Shown here: one piece after another, positions 51,039 to 64,000 of the stretch
Layout: each line of letters opens with the position of its first letter
Numbering within the stretch: position 1 is the stretch's first letter
Position numbers and translations under genes: made by a program
Assembly: GCF_963921235.1 (NCBI RefSeq)
Contig: NC_086097.1
Location: 32,428,001 to 32,492,000, forward strand
Source: Mobula hypostoma
Lineage: Eukaryota
Length of the DNA: 64,000 nucleotides
Reading direction: 5' to 3'
Notes under the pieces: model-generated
The model's database searches: none
The model's input: only the letters and a program-made list of their open reading frames with translations
Told to the model about the DNA's origin: nothing

Positions 51039-52206
51039 TATGTGCCGTGTCACTGTATCTACTTCAGAAACAAGGCCTCCTCCCATGCTGTGAATATCTA
51101 TCCTTCCCTGTAGTAATGTGATCATACCCACCTAATTCTAGCTTCTGCCCCCTTTCTCTCCAGCTCGAATGAAGTGTCTTGGCCTGAAACATCGACTGTT
51201 TATTCCCTTCCACAGATGCTACCAGGCCTGCTGAGTTCCTCCAACATTCTGTGTGTTGCTCTGGATTTCCAGCATCTGCAGAATCTCTTGTGTTTATGAA
51301 TACACCCTGTTAACAGTTAGATATTCGGATGCCTCCCTGTGGCTCAGAGCTGGATTTAGTTAGAGTGCACACCCGTGAACTGTCTTGGGACACTTTACTG
51401 TGCTAAAAGCTGTTATATAAAAACAAGTTGTTATTTGTGGATCTGCAATTCTCAAGGCATAGACACAAGTGCAAAGAAAGAGCTAAGGGAGGTGGGGGTT
51501 AATTATTAATGAGAAGTAATTAGAATTTGTAGTAATTAGAATTATCTTCACACCCACAATGAAATAATTGCATTACATTCCATTCCTAGGCTTGAAAGCA
51601 GTCGAATGCATGAATCCAAACTCAGATCAGGATCATTAAGCTCTCCATGTCCACAGGATATCCCTCCTTCACACAAGTCTATGTGAGTGGGTGGCTGGGA
51701 AAGGGGCTTGTCTTGCTATTGTCTGTTTTTTGTTGTTGCTGCTTGTGTTATTCCGCTGAAAACCGTGGACATACTATGTTGGCGTCATAAGTATGGCGAC
51801 ACGTGCGGGCTGCTCCCAGCACACCTTCGGAATTAAACGGAAACTATGCATTTCACTGTATGACTCAACGTTCATGAGACAAATAAATCTAAATCTGAAG
51901 TACCAGTGTCCTACCAGCCCACTGCAACAGCCTGTTCGCTCGACCAGCAGTACATTTCATTGCCTTGCACCTCCCACTTGGCTTGTCTAGTTCCCTTCCA
52001 CTTCAGTCTACACCTGAATGCTTTCTCTTGCTTTCATAGGCTCCTGTTTCCTTGCCCTCTCTCATTTTTCTCAAGGTATTCCATCCTGCCATACCAAGAC
52101 AGTGCGCGACACAAAAGACTCCACAGATGCCCAAATTCTTGAGTAAGACACAAAAAACACTGGAGGAACTTAGTAGGTCAGGCAGCATCAATGGACAGAA
52201 TGAACA

Positions 52207-52240
52207 GTCAACGTTTCAGCCTGAGGTGCTTCATCAGGAC
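52207..52240 (-). ncRNA. minimal hammerhead motif (Penelope-derived), sense to TMED8 intron 1
   Basis: GTC-CTGATGA-AGC acctcag GCT-GAAAC-GTT-GAC on the minus strand. Confidence 0.6.
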
Positions 52241-52456
52241 AGCCCAAGTTCAATTCCACCACTGTCTGTAAGGAGATTGTATGTTCTTCCCTTCCTTGTT
52301 GTTTGTTCATCTCTTCCCACCATTGTCATTATTTCAAACTGGTTACGTTACTTTCTCTAGTTCAGTTCAAAGGTCACCAAACTGAAGCATTAACTATTTC
52401 TCTCCCCACACAAAAATGCCACCAAGTCAAAGGATTCCTGGCATTTTACTCATCCA

Positions 52457-54633
52457 GAATCAGAATCAGGTTTAATATCACCAGCATATATCGTGAAATT
52501 TGTCAACCTAGCAGCAACAGTAACATAGAAAGAAAAAATCAAAAAATTGCAGTAGGGGTGTGTATGTATATATACACACACACACACACATTAAAAATTA
52601 AAAATAGTGCAAACACAGAAATAATAAAAAGTGAGTTGGTGTTCATGGGTTCAATGTCCAATTAGGAATTGGATGGCAGACGGGAAGAAGCTGTTCCTGA
52701 ATCGCCAAGTGCGTGCCTTCAAGCTTCTGTACCTCTTTCCTGACGGTCACAATGACAAATGGGCACGTCCTGGGTGATGGGGGTTCTTAATAATGGACGC
52801 TGCCTCTCTGAGGCACCACTCCTTGAAGATGTCCTGGATCCTACAGAGGACTGTACCCATGATGGAAGCTGACTAATTTTACAACTTTTTATAACTTCTT
52901 TTGGTCCTGTGCACTAGCCCCACTATACCATACAATGATGTAGTCTGTCAGAATGCTCTCCACGGTACATCTGTAGAAGTTTTTCGTGTGTCTTAGGTAA
53001 CAAATCAAATATCCTCAAACTCCTAATGACATGCAACCACTGTCTTGGCTTCTTTATAGCTGCACTGATATGTTTGGACCAGGTTAGATCCTCAGATATA
53101 TTGACACCCAAGAACTTGAAATTGCTCACTCCCTCCACTTCTAATCCCTCTGAGAACCGGTGGGCATTCCTTTGTCTTACCCTTTCTGAAGTCCACAATC
53201 AGCTCTTTGGTCTTAATGAAGTTGAGAGCAAGTTTCAATTCTATCTTGTAAGATTTGGTTGAATCCAACACTTCACATCTCCACCTCACACTGCCCTCTG
53301 GAAACTAATTTATAAAAAGTACTTGTCTATTCTGTCACAATCCATCCACGATTTTCAACAGCCCAATCCACAATCAACTACCCCAGCCTCTCTGGAAAGC
53401 CGCTTGCACTTAGCACCTATCCTGTGGGTTCAGTCAATCGCTCAGTGCAATCATGCCATCATGTTGTATCCTGCACCTAAAAACTGCAAATTTACCTTTC
53501 GCGCTCAGTTAAAGGTGTATCATGGTCTGGTATGGAAACACCAATGTTCAGGAATGGAAAAGTCTATAGAAACCCAATCCATCTCAGAAAAAGCCTTCCC
53601 CACCATTGAGCACATTTACAAGGAGCACCGCATCGATCATCAAGGACACCCACCATCCAGGCCATGCTCTCTTCTCACTACCAGGAGGCAGAAGGTTCAG
53701 GAATCTTAGGATCACACCACTAGGTTCACGAAGTTATTACCCTGCAACCGTCAGGCTCCTGAACCAGCGTGGATAACTTCACTCACCTGAACTCTGAACT
53801 GAGTCCACAACCTACGACTCACTTTCAAAGACTCTAAAGATCATGTATTCAGTATTATTTACTTATTTTTGTACAATTCATCTTATTTTGCATATCGGTT
53901 GTCAGCACCAAATTTCTTGGTATTCACCTGGCGGAGAACCTCACTTGGTCCCTCAACACCAGCTCCATAGCAAAGAAAGCCCAGCAGCGTCTCTACTTTC
54001 TGCGAAGGCTGAGAAAAGTCCATCTCCCAACCCCCATCCTCACCACATTCTACAGAGGTTGTATTGAGAGCATCCTGAGCAGCTGCATCACTGCCTGGTT
54101 TGGAAATTGCACCATCTCGGATCGCAAGACCCTGCAGCGGATAGTGAGGTCAGCTGAGAAGATCATTGGGGTCTCTCTTCCCGCCATTAGAGACATTTAC
54201 ACCACATGCTGCATCCGTAAAGCAAACAGCATTATGAAGGATCCCACGCACCCCTCATACAACTCTTCTCCCTCCTGCCATCTGGCAAAAGGCACCGAAG
54301 CATTCGGGCTCTCACAACCAGACTATGCAACACTTTCTTCCCCCAGGTCATCAGACTCCTCAATACCCAGAGCCTGGACTGACACCAACCTACCGCCCTC
54401 TACTGTGCCTATTGTCTTGTTTATTATTTATTGTAATGCCTGCACTGTTTTGTGCACTTTATGCAGTTCTGGGTAGGTCTGCAGTCTAGTGTAATTTTTG
54501 TGTTGTTTTACGTAGCTTAGTGTAGTTTTCGTATTGGTCATGTAGCACCATGGTCCTAAAAAACGTTGTCTCATTTTTACTGTGTACTGTACCAGCAGTT
54601 ATGGTCGAAATGACAATAAAAAGTCACTTGACT
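52457..54633. mobile_element. Rex/Babar LINE fragments (52457-53225 minus; 53915-54633 plus)
   Basis: [41 protein letters not shown] motifs. Confidence 0.8.
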
Positions 54634-55781
54634 TATGTATAGCTTTTCATAATTTCTATGTGTTTCCTTACTTTCCTGTGAATATCTGCAAGAAAATGAA
54701 CCTCAGGGTAGTAAATGGTGAGATATGCACTTTCGATAATAAATTTAATTTGACTTGATTTTGAAGGTTGAGCTGACATAGCCTCGGTAACCACCAGCCT
54801 CCTGCTGCCATCTCCACATTAAAACAACAGCTTCAACTATAACCTGCCAGCACGTACTCTTCCGCGGTCCCCACATTCTTATTCTGGCTTCTTCCTCTCT
54901 TCCTTCCCAGTCTTGATGGAGGGTCTCAGCCCAAAATGTTGACTGTTTGTTCCCCTTCATAGATGGTGTCTGACCTGCTGAGCTCTTTTGTGTGTTGCTC
55001 TGGACTTCTGGCATCTGTAAAACCTGATATTTCCTGCAGTGATAAAGCAGCCCCAAGACATCCCATAGAGTAGAAACCCCCAAGTGAACACTGCCTAAAT
55101 GGTATTAAATGGTACAGCACTGGACGGGCCATTCCTCACAACTGATCTTGATGCCAATTTATACTAAATGTCCTCCTCTTGTGTCTTATCCATATCCTCT
55201 CTTCTCTTCATACTTAGGTGAGATATTTCAGCAGAAACTGAGGGGGAACTTCTTCATTCAGAGGGTGGGGTGAGTATGGAACGAGTTACCAGAAGCAGTG
55301 GTGGATGCAGAGTTTAATTTCAACATCGAAGAGAAATTTGGATAAGTACATGAATGCGAGCAGTATGGAAGATTATGATTCAGGTGTAGATCAATAGAAC
55401 AAAGGGCCTGTTTCTGTGCTGCAGTGCTCTATGAGTCTATGTGTCTGTCTAAAAAGCCTCAAACTCCACCAATCTGCCTGCTTCACTACTACCCCTGGTA
55501 ACCCATTCCAGGCACCTAGCACTCTCTGCATTAAAAAAATAGCTTATGAGCCTCCCCTCCGTTTTTATTCTGACTTTCCAGTCCTGATGAAGGACGTTGG
55601 CCCAAAACGTCAACTGTTTATTCCTCTGCATCGATGTTGCCTGACCTGCTGGGACCCACCAGCATTTTGTGTGTGTTGGCACAAACATCACATCTCAGCT
55701 TCCCCCTCTAATCTTAAAAGCACGCCCTCTGATGTTTGACACTTCTATCCTGGGAAAGAAGACTGTCGACCTTATCCATGC

Positions 55782-55975
55782 AGCTGGCCAGCGGTGCAGT
55801 GGCATCTGCACTGGACTTCGAGGTGTATGGTCCCGGGTCTGAATCCGGCCGGCTCCTCGCACGCTTTGCATCTGCGCTGGGTCGAGTGTCGAGCGAGCAA
55901 CTTGGCCTTGTAAAAACAGACAAAAGCTAGAGAAACGGCAAGGTTGCCGTAAGGCGCGGAGAGGTATAACAACAA
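55782..55975 (+). mobile_element. tRNA-derived SINE with (AAC)n tail, different family from the V-SINEs
   Basis: A-box-like GGTGCAGTGG, B-box-like GGGTCTGAATCC, CpG-rich body, AACAACAA tail; inserted in a CR1 fragment. Confidence 0.65.
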
Positions 55976-57977
55976 TCCTATCTGCGCCTTTCATAATTTA
56001 GAAAACCTCTATCAGGTCCCCCTCAAGCCTCTAAAGCTGTAGGGAGAACAACCCCACTTTGTGTCTGATGCTGCTGCTCGTATGATTTCATTGCACCTGT
56101 GCACACACATACTTGCGCAAGTGACAATATACTCAACTTTGACCTTCCATACAGCTCATACCCGCTAATCCAGACAGCATCCTGGTGAACCTCTTCTGCA
56201 CCCTCTCCACAGTCTACACAGTTATTGTGTAGAAATACCAGAATCTGCAACCATTATTATTCTGACGGCTAAATGATTGAACATAGGTTCAGCCAATTTA
56301 TTCTGAACACTAAGCTGTTCGGAAAGAACAAAGTAGCGTAGTGGATAGCAGTACAGGCAACCCGGGATGAATTCCTGTCCCTGCCTGTAAGGAACTTGTA
56401 CATTCTCCCTGTAACCACGCAGGTTTCCCCCGGGTGCTCCGGTCTCCTCCCACAGTCCAAAGATGTACTGGTTGGAAAGTTAATTGGTCATTGTAAATCG
56501 TCCTATGATTAGGCTAGGATTAATTCAGGGGATTTCTGGATGGCACAGAAGAGCCAATTCTGCACTACATCTCAATTGATGATATTGAACTGCATGAACT
56601 TCATGAAATGCAAATGATTATTTATTACCTAGCTCAACAACATTTTTATTAAACTTTCTAATAAGGAAAGGTTGAGTGAGCTGGGGGTTTAAATTTTTTT
56701 TTCAACTAGAGCAGTGAAGGAGAATGAGAGGCAAGTTGATAGAGATGTCTAAGACTATGAGGGGCATAAACAAAGTGGAAAGCCAGCACCTTTTTCCCAG
56801 AGCTGCAATGGCCAATGCCAGAGGACATCAGTTTAAGATGGATGGAGAAAAGTTTAGGGGAGATGTCAGAGGTAGATTTTTTTTACACAGACAATGCCTG
56901 GAACACTCTCTGCCAGGCATGGTGTTAGAGCCAGATACATTAGGGACATATACGGGATTCTTAGACACATGGATGACAGAAAAATAAAGGATCATGGACT
57001 GTGTAGGAGAACAAATTATAAACAGGAGAGATTCTGCAGGTGCTGGAAATCTATAGCAACACACCCAAAATGCTGGAGGAACTCAGCAGGCCAGGCAGTG
57101 TCCAAGTAGAGGAATAAACAGCCCTAATGAAGGGACTTGGCCCAAAACGTCAACTATTTATTCCTCTCCATAGATGCTGCCTGACCTGATGAACTTCTCC
57201 AGCATTTTGTGTGCGTTGCTCAAGATTGATGGTGGAGAAGATTTATACAAATCAGTACAACATCATAGTCTGAAGGGCCGGTATTGTGCTGTATTATTGT
57301 ATGTTCTTGTACATTTTACATAGAACTTTGCAACACGGTACAGGCCCTTCTGCTCACACTGTTGTGTTGATCTTATTTCCTTGCCATTTTGCACTACTTA
57401 TTCATTCTTTTGTATAGCTGTATTTTCATTGTAATTTATAGTATATTTATGTATTGCACTGTACTGCTGCCATAAAACAACAAATTTCACAACACATGTC
57501 AGTGACAATAAATCTAATTCTGATTAACCTCCTCCTGGATCAGTCTAACCCTTCTCTCCCACATGGGCCTCCATTTCAACACATGGTAGTCACTATCAAA
57601 CTACAAACAGTCATAAAGCAAATTAGGTTGGCCAACTGGGCTGCAGATACATAAATGTCTCTCACAGTTTTTAAGGCTTAAAAGCAGAAACTGTAAATGG
57701 ATTTTAAAATCCTTCCACTGTTTATAAAAGCGCAAGGGATGAAAACATTTTCTCTCATGCATTTGTTCACAGGATGTAGAAGTGGCTGGCAGCTTTCACA
57801 GTCTACACCTTGCCTTACTGTTTGAACAGAGGAGGCTGTTGAACAGCAAGCGTCTTGCCAAGTCAGGCAAGCAAAGTACGATTCCCCACCCATTATCTGG
57901 ACGTCAGAATCAGATTCAGGTTTATTATCACAGACATACGTCTTGAAATTTGTTCTCAGTCATCCAGATCCTTGCAA

Positions 57978-58399
57978 ATCAAGCATGAGTAAATCAAGGC
58001 AACTGGACTTGCTATGTTGTCTGGAAGATGTTTCGCCACTCATCTGAGAGGCTTCGTCAGTTCTAATCTTCAAGAAGCCATCTTTGTCAAATTGGGAAAC
58101 CCATCCCTGAACAGAGAGGGTGGGGAACGACACCACCTATCAGCTACTTACAATGCAGCCCTAACATCTTTACCCTGGCGTCTCCCACGACACTTCATAC
58201 CTTCATTCATGCAAAGACAAGACTAATTATCTCTGCAACTCTTAACGACCCTCATGCGATTGCTATACCTTTAAGCCACTCACCGAGTCTATAAGCCGGA
58301 AAAATACCCACCATGGATCGGAACAGAAGCCTCTTGAATGAGTGGCAAAACATCTTCCAGACAACACAATTCAGTTGCCTTGATCTACCTCTGCTTGAT
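57978..58399 (+). mobile_element. short Penelope element (second family) with inverted terminal repeats
   Basis: GIY-YIG tail EAIFVKLGNPSLNREGGERHHLSATYNA; 57978-58064 is the inverted counterpart of 58321-58399; hammerhead-like core at 58023-58064 (-). Confidence 0.75.
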
Positions 58400-59749
58400 A
58401 TGTCCTGAAATTATTTTTTGTGGCAACAGTACAATGCAACACATAAAAAATACAAGTTATAATGATAAGTAGTGAGAGCAAAAAGTGAGGTAATGCTTAT
58501 TATGGTCTATGTACACCCACAGCTCCACCTACACAGTACAAAACCAGAATCAGGTTTATTATCACTGACATATGTCGTGGTTCTGCGGCAGTAGTTTGGT
58601 GCAATACCACAGATTACAATAAGAAATATACAGTATATGGGTAGGTAGTATAAATAAAATAAACAAGTAGTGCAAAAAGAGAGCAAAAATATCGAGGCAG
58701 TGCTCACGGACTGTTTGGCAGAGGGGAAGAAGCGATTCCTAAAACGTTCAGTGTGGGTCTTCAGGATCCTGTGCCTCTTTCCCGATGCTGGGAATGGTAA
58801 GAGGGCATGCCCTGGGCGGTGGGGGTCCTTAATGACGGACGCCGCCTTCTTGAGAGCATCGTCTTTTGAAGATGTCCTCCATGCTAGACACATAGACGTT
58901 GACCTGACTGACTCCCTATTCACTTCCAGCAGACCGACAATGCCCTGCAGTTACAAGCCCAGATCATTCCCAAACACACCGCCAGAAAGACAACCCCTGC
59001 AGACTCCCCACGAGGTGACAGACAGCTCTGAGGTGTAAGAGAATCACTTCTCTTCATGCCCCTGGTTGTAAATACTTGGGGCCTAGTGTCCAAATACATC
59101 AAGAAGTGCCGCGCCAATTCACCCCAAGAGCAATTAAGAATGGACTGCAAACGGCCAGCGACACCAGGTCAGCATCTGGAATCAGGGGCTGCAGATGCTG
59201 GGATCGGGGAAGTCAAAAACAAGCCAGCTCCTGGGTCGGGCAGCATCTCAGGATCATGTCTTTTCAGTCGGTGAAACAGTCCATGTTTCAGATCCAGACA
59301 CTGCATCCTGACCTGGGCATCTGTGTCAGTCCTCTCCCGTTAATGAGAACATTAAATGGCGGTTCCGTGCCCGCTGGAAATCTCAGCTTCAACCACACTG
59401 CCAGGCTGAGGTTAAGGAGGAGGGAGAGCCCGGGCACGGAAGTACTGAGAGCCGGGTGCCCGGGGAGGAGAGCCCCAGATGCTCGAGCTAGGGATGCAGA
59501 ACGCCCCGAGCGAGGAGAGATGTGGGCAGCCCGACAGTGAGACACGGGCGAGGAGAAGCGCGGGAGTACCGGGGAGTGGAGAAGCGCGGTCTCCGGCTAC
59601 TCTACCTCCTTGCCCCTGTTGTTCCTCCTGCTGCTTCTCGGCCCCAGGCAGGCCCAGGCTCATCCCCATCTTCATGCCGAGCTTGTTGGATAGCCTTCTC
59701 GCCTCCGAGTAATTCTCGGCTCCAATACCCACCGTGCCCGTACACTCAC

Positions 59750-59804
59750 CCCGCCGCTCCTCGGGGACAAGGCGCTGCCGCTCAGCGGCCTGGCCGCTCG
59801 CCAT
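59750..59804 (-). CDS. TMED8: TMED8 coding exon 1 (MASGQAAERQRLVPEERR)
   Basis: ATG at 59804 in Kozak context (gtgacgATGG) inside a CpG island; donor G|GTGAGT at 59749; 55 nt, phase 1; N-terminus resembles human TMED8 MSDLQAAE as recalled. Confidence 0.85.
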
Positions 59805-60189
59805 CGTCACTGGCACGGCAGAAGCGGAGGTTTCCGGAAACAGCCGAGCGCTGACGACCAGGAGCCGAGCTCATTCCGGAGATTGCCGATGTTGGAAACT
59901 GAATCCCCATTCGTGGTCCCGATGGGAGCCGGAAATGACCGAACATTAGACGCGGTTGCGGAGTGGAAAATCACACAAACCTAAGCGAATCACAAAAAAA
60001 GAGCTAAGAGTACCACACTAGGTGTAATTTATGTTTTTATTTTTAATAATATGATGGGAATGACGCATCAATGTTGCTGTGACAAGGCAATGTAGCGGTG
60101 TCTTGGCAACCGTTGCTATGGTGACGCGGGCCATCAACGGCAGCGGTGCTCACCTGGTAACGGTTGCCAGGGTGACGGCGCGAAGCGGG
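59805..60189. promoter_or_regulatory. bidirectional CpG-island promoter shared by TMED8 and SAMD15
   Basis: CpG-rich from ~59350 to 60380; divergent ATGs 385 bp apart; ETS-like CCGGAAAT 59929-59936, TTTCCGGAAA 59831-59840, CRE-like TGACGCA 60061-60067; X-boxes at 60112-60125 and 60163-60176. Confidence 0.8.
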
Positions 60190-60324
60190 ATGGCAAAGGC
60201 CTGGGCCCCTTGCGGCGGGGAATGTCGCTGCGGCTGTCACCCGCTGGAGGTGCCGCGCAGCCAGGACTGGCAGGAGAGGCATGTGGCCCACTGGATCGAG
60301 AAGCTCGGCTTCCCACAGTACGTG
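60190..60324 (+). CDS. SAMD15: SAMD15 coding exon 1 (MAKAWAPCGGECRCGCHPLEVPRSQDWQERHVAHWIEKLGFPQYV); in-frame upstream ATG at 60118 also possible
   Basis: SAM-domain start W..V..WI..LGFPQY; strong Kozak gggATGG at 60190; donor GTG|GTGAGT, phase 0; head-to-head with TMED8 as in human 14q24.3. Confidence 0.85.
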
Positions 60325-61028
60325 GTGAGTGGGGAGTGGGGTTGTGAGGGGGCTGTGGATGGCGGGGTGTGGGTGACCGGGCTGTGAGGTGTGAGTGAGG
60401 GAGTGAAGGGGTTATGAGGATTGTGTGGGGTGTGAGGGTGTGGAGAGGGGGAGGTGTAAGTGAGTGAGAGGTTGTAGATAAGGATGTGTGTGTGGGGTCC
60501 CAACAGGAATGGGGTGGCTTGGGGTGTGAGGAAGTGTGGTGATTGAGGAGCTGTGGGGTGTGGGTGGAGGAGTCTGTGGCAGCATTCATTGAACACCCAT
60601 TTTCACAAAAATGTCCAGCACCCAAGCTTGCGTAAGCTCCATTTCCATCATATCCACCGTTCCAACCATGCCATCTTCTAGCAGCTCCCTTGGGGCAGGA
60701 GACACAGAAGCCTGAAGTCCCACACCACCAGATTCAGGAACAGCTATTTCCCTTCAACCATTCAGTTCTTGAACCTATTGGCACAATCTTAATCACTACA
60801 GCAACACCATGACCACTTATACTAAAATTGACTTATTTTGTTCTGACTGTGTTCTTTCTAATAAAAAAATACATATAGTTTATGTTTTCCTTGTGAACAC
60901 AGCTAATCTGAGATGACTGTGATGCTGTGCTTTTAATTGTACTTGTGCAGAATGTGCTTGTGTCTATGACAATAAGCTTTACTTTAATTTTTGACTCCCC
61001 TCCCTCTTCCAAACTAACACTTGTTTAA

Positions 61029-61169
<141 letters not shown>

Positions 61170-61874
61170 TAAATAGAAAACACTAGTTTATTTTTCCCTG
61201 ATGAACCATTTTAAGTTTGCCCTTTGAGTTATACAACAGATTCTGAAATAGACCTCATATATGATAAAAATTAATTCTTGATCTTTTATTCTTCCTCATC
61301 ACGGCCCTCGGCACTTCTTTAACTACCTGAACTTTCTCTGTAATGTTAGCACTCTTCCATCTATCATCTGCCCCCACCAGCTTCTCAATTCAGCCTCCCC
61401 TCCTCCACCCACCCACCTTCTACCTCATCTGGTCTCACCTGTCACCTGCTAGCTTGTACTCCTTCCCCTCACCCTCACCTTTGTATTCTAGCTCCTGCTC
61501 CCTTCCTTTCCAACTCTGACGAAGGGTCTTGGCTTGAAACGCTGACTTTTTATTCCCCTCCATAGATGCTGCCCGTCTTGTTGAGTTCCTCCATTATTTT
61601 GTATGTGTTGCTCAAGATTTTCAGCACCTGCAGAATCTAACTGGAAATAAATATAGTGCAGAATCAGAATCACTTTATGTATGGAGTGCAGCAAACAAAA
61701 CTTTTCACCATGTCTCAGTAAACATGGTAATAATAAACCAATTACCAATTTATGTTCAGAGAAATTATTGCTATGGAGCTGTTGCAATTCATACTGAGGG
61801 TATGCAGAAAGAATGTTGTGACTTTGATTGTTAATGCCATCAATAGAATGAAATTTGGAATGAGGACGTATTAA

Positions 61875-62320
61875 TGAGGAAGTTGGTGGAGTTGTGGACA
61901 GTGTGGAGGGTTGTAGGTTGCAATGGGACATTGACAAGATGCAGAGCTGTCTGAGAAAGGACAGATGGAGCTCAACCTGGAAAAGTGTGAAATCATTCAC
62001 TTTGGAAGGTCAAATTTAAATTGGGGTCCACATCCACAGATCCCTCAAAGTGGTCGTTCAAGTTGATAGGATGGTAAAGAAGGCATATGGTGTGTTGGCC
62101 TTCATTAGTCAGGGGATTGAGTTCAATAGATGCAAGGTAATGTCGCAGCTCGGTAAATCTTAGTTAGACCATACTTGGAATATTGTGTTAATTATAGGAA
62201 GGATGTGGAAGCTTTAGAGAAGATGTAGAGGCAATTTACCAGGATACTGTCTGGATTGGAGAGCATGTCGTATGAAGAGAGGTTGAGCTCTTTGGAGCGA
62301 AGGAGGATGAGAGGTGACTT
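61875..62320 (+). mobile_element. CR1 fragment in SAMD15 intron 2
   Basis: LQWDIDKMQ, EKCEIIHFG, VRPYLEYC motifs. Confidence 0.8.
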
Positions 62321-63550
62321 GAAAAAAGATGTTGTGATTTTGATTGTTAATTCCATCAAAAAGATGAACTCTTGGAAAGGGAAGGTATTACACTGCTCAG
62401 TAGTGCCATTTCTTCACATCTGTCACCTCCTGATGGACAGTGCTGAAGGGGAAACCCAGCAAGTCAGATAGATGTTTTTGTGTTGGCTGAGTGTTTCATT
62501 CCCGGTGGAGGCTGAGGAGCAGGTCTTTTGTTGGGTTGGCACGTGGCTCAGGAGGAATGTAGAAATTAGATTAGATTAGATTATGAGGACACACAGTCCT
62601 CTTTTATTGGCATTTAGTAATGCATGCATTAAGAAATGATACAATTTGTTCCTCCAGAATGATATCACAGAAACACAAGACAAACTAAGACTAAAAACAA
62701 ACTGATAAAAACCACATAATTATAACATATAGTTACAACAGTGCAAAGCAATACTGTAATTTGATGAAGAACAGACCATGGGCACGGCAAAAAAAAAGAG
62801 ATCTGGGGAACATAGGAACAGGATGAGCCCTTCAGACTGCAGTCTGCACTGCTGTTCAACGACTCAGAAAACCCACCTTTTCTTTTAAATAAATATAAAG
62901 ATTAGCTTTATTTGTCTTATGTGCATTGATATTTATAGTGAAATGTGTCGTTCGTGTCAATGACCAACATAGTCCGAGAATTGTTCTGAGGGCAGCCCAC
63001 AAGTGTCACCATGGTTCCGGTGCAACATAGCATGCCCACAATTTATGAACCCTAACTCGTACAACTTTGGAATGTGGGAGGAAACCCCTGCGGTCACGGG
63101 GAGAACGTACAAACTCCTTACAGACAGTGGTGGGAGTTGAACCCCATCAGTGATCTCTGGTGCTGTAACTCGTGATGCTGACTGCTACGCTACTGTGCAA
63201 CCCACATTAACCAGTTTACTGACAAGTCCTGCTACTTTAAGGATCTGTGGACATACAACTCAAAGCCTCTCTTTTCCTCCACCCCTTTGATATCCTCCCA
63301 TCTATTTTGTAGTACTTTCTCAGGCACATTATCTCGTGCCCCTGGCTTACATTCCATTCACCAGAGCTGCCCAGACCATCGACGTTACTGCAGTCTACAG
63401 TGTTCCTCTGCATGGTCAAGGCTTATATTCTGTAATACGGAAACTTTAGCATCCCCAGATCATTCTATTATATTACAAAAAGCAAGGTGCTGAGTACTGA
63501 ATTTCCACTAGTAACATTTTTCAGTCATAAAACACCTATGAAATATTACT

Positions 63551-64000
63551 CATCAAAGTTGCTGGTGGACGCAGCAGGCCAGGCATCATCTCTAGGAAGA
63601 GGTACAGTCGACGTTTCAGGCCGAGACCCTTCGTCAGGACTAACTGAAGGAAGAGTGAGTAAGGGATTTGAAAGTTGGAGGGGGAGGGGGAGATCCAAAA
63701 TGATAGGAGAAGACAGGAGGGAGAGGGATGGAGCCAAGAGCTGGACAGGTGATAGGCAAAAGGGGTATGAGAAGATCATGGGACAGGAGGTCTGGGAAGA
63801 AAGACAAGGGCGGGGGGAGACCCAGAGGATGGGCAAGGGGTATATTCAGAGGGACAGAGGGAGAAAAAGGAGAGTGAGAGAAAGAATGTGTGTATAAAAA
63901 TAAGTAACAGATGGGGTACGAGGGGGAGGTGGGGCATTAGCAGAAGTTAGAGAAGTCGATGTTCATGCCATCAGGTTGGAGGCTACCCAGACGGAATATA
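63551..64000 (-). mobile_element. young Penelope-like element 3' part; hammerhead at 63606-63641 identical to the 9805-9840 copy
   Basis: Reverse complement closely matches 9440-9895; IFRLGSLQPDGMNIDFSN tail at the window end. Confidence 0.8.

Noticed and set aside
55782..55860. Possible tRNA gene
   Set aside because: A/B boxes are present, but there is no full cloverleaf or oligo-T terminator and it continues into a SINE body and tail
59076..59949. Multiple GC-rich ORFs around TMED8 exon 1
   Set aside because: Expected stop-codon scarcity in a CpG island; a strong donor at 59749 ends the coding exon
61516..61547. Active hammerhead in the sense strand of SAMD15 intron 2
   Set aside because: The core is present but the triplet is GCU (not NUH) and stem I is disrupted

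Overview
Repeat-rich vertebrate genomic DNA, not prokaryotic. The repeat families (CR1 LINEs, V-domain tRNA SINEs, Rex/Babar LINEs, Penelope-like elements) suggest a cartilaginous fish, probably a ray; this is an inference. Three spliced genes can be read directly from the sequence. (1) A complete 6-exon TMED8 (GOLD domain) on the minus strand, ATG 59804 to TGA 14343, 918 nt/305 aa, with all intron phases consistent. (2) The first two coding exons of SAMD15 on the plus strand, head-to-head with TMED8 across a ~385 bp CpG-rich bidirectional promoter with RFX X-boxes. (3) The first two coding exons of a minus-strand gene I cannot identify (MEFYAVRSLVEPPGRLLREPGG...), whose first intron is mostly a minisatellite built from its own 3' splice signals. 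The rest is mostly transposons, often nested: many CR1 and Rex/Babar fragments, one young 5'-truncated L1 with a perfect 16-bp TSD, a decayed Gypsy LTR element with a split LTR, a Tigger/pogo deletion derivative, tiny Tc1-type MITEs, SINEs, and about a dozen Penelope-like pieces carrying minimal hammerhead ribozyme motifs. I found no convincing wholly new system. The best leads are the unidentified gene and the intact hammerheads in the TMED8 pre-mRNA.
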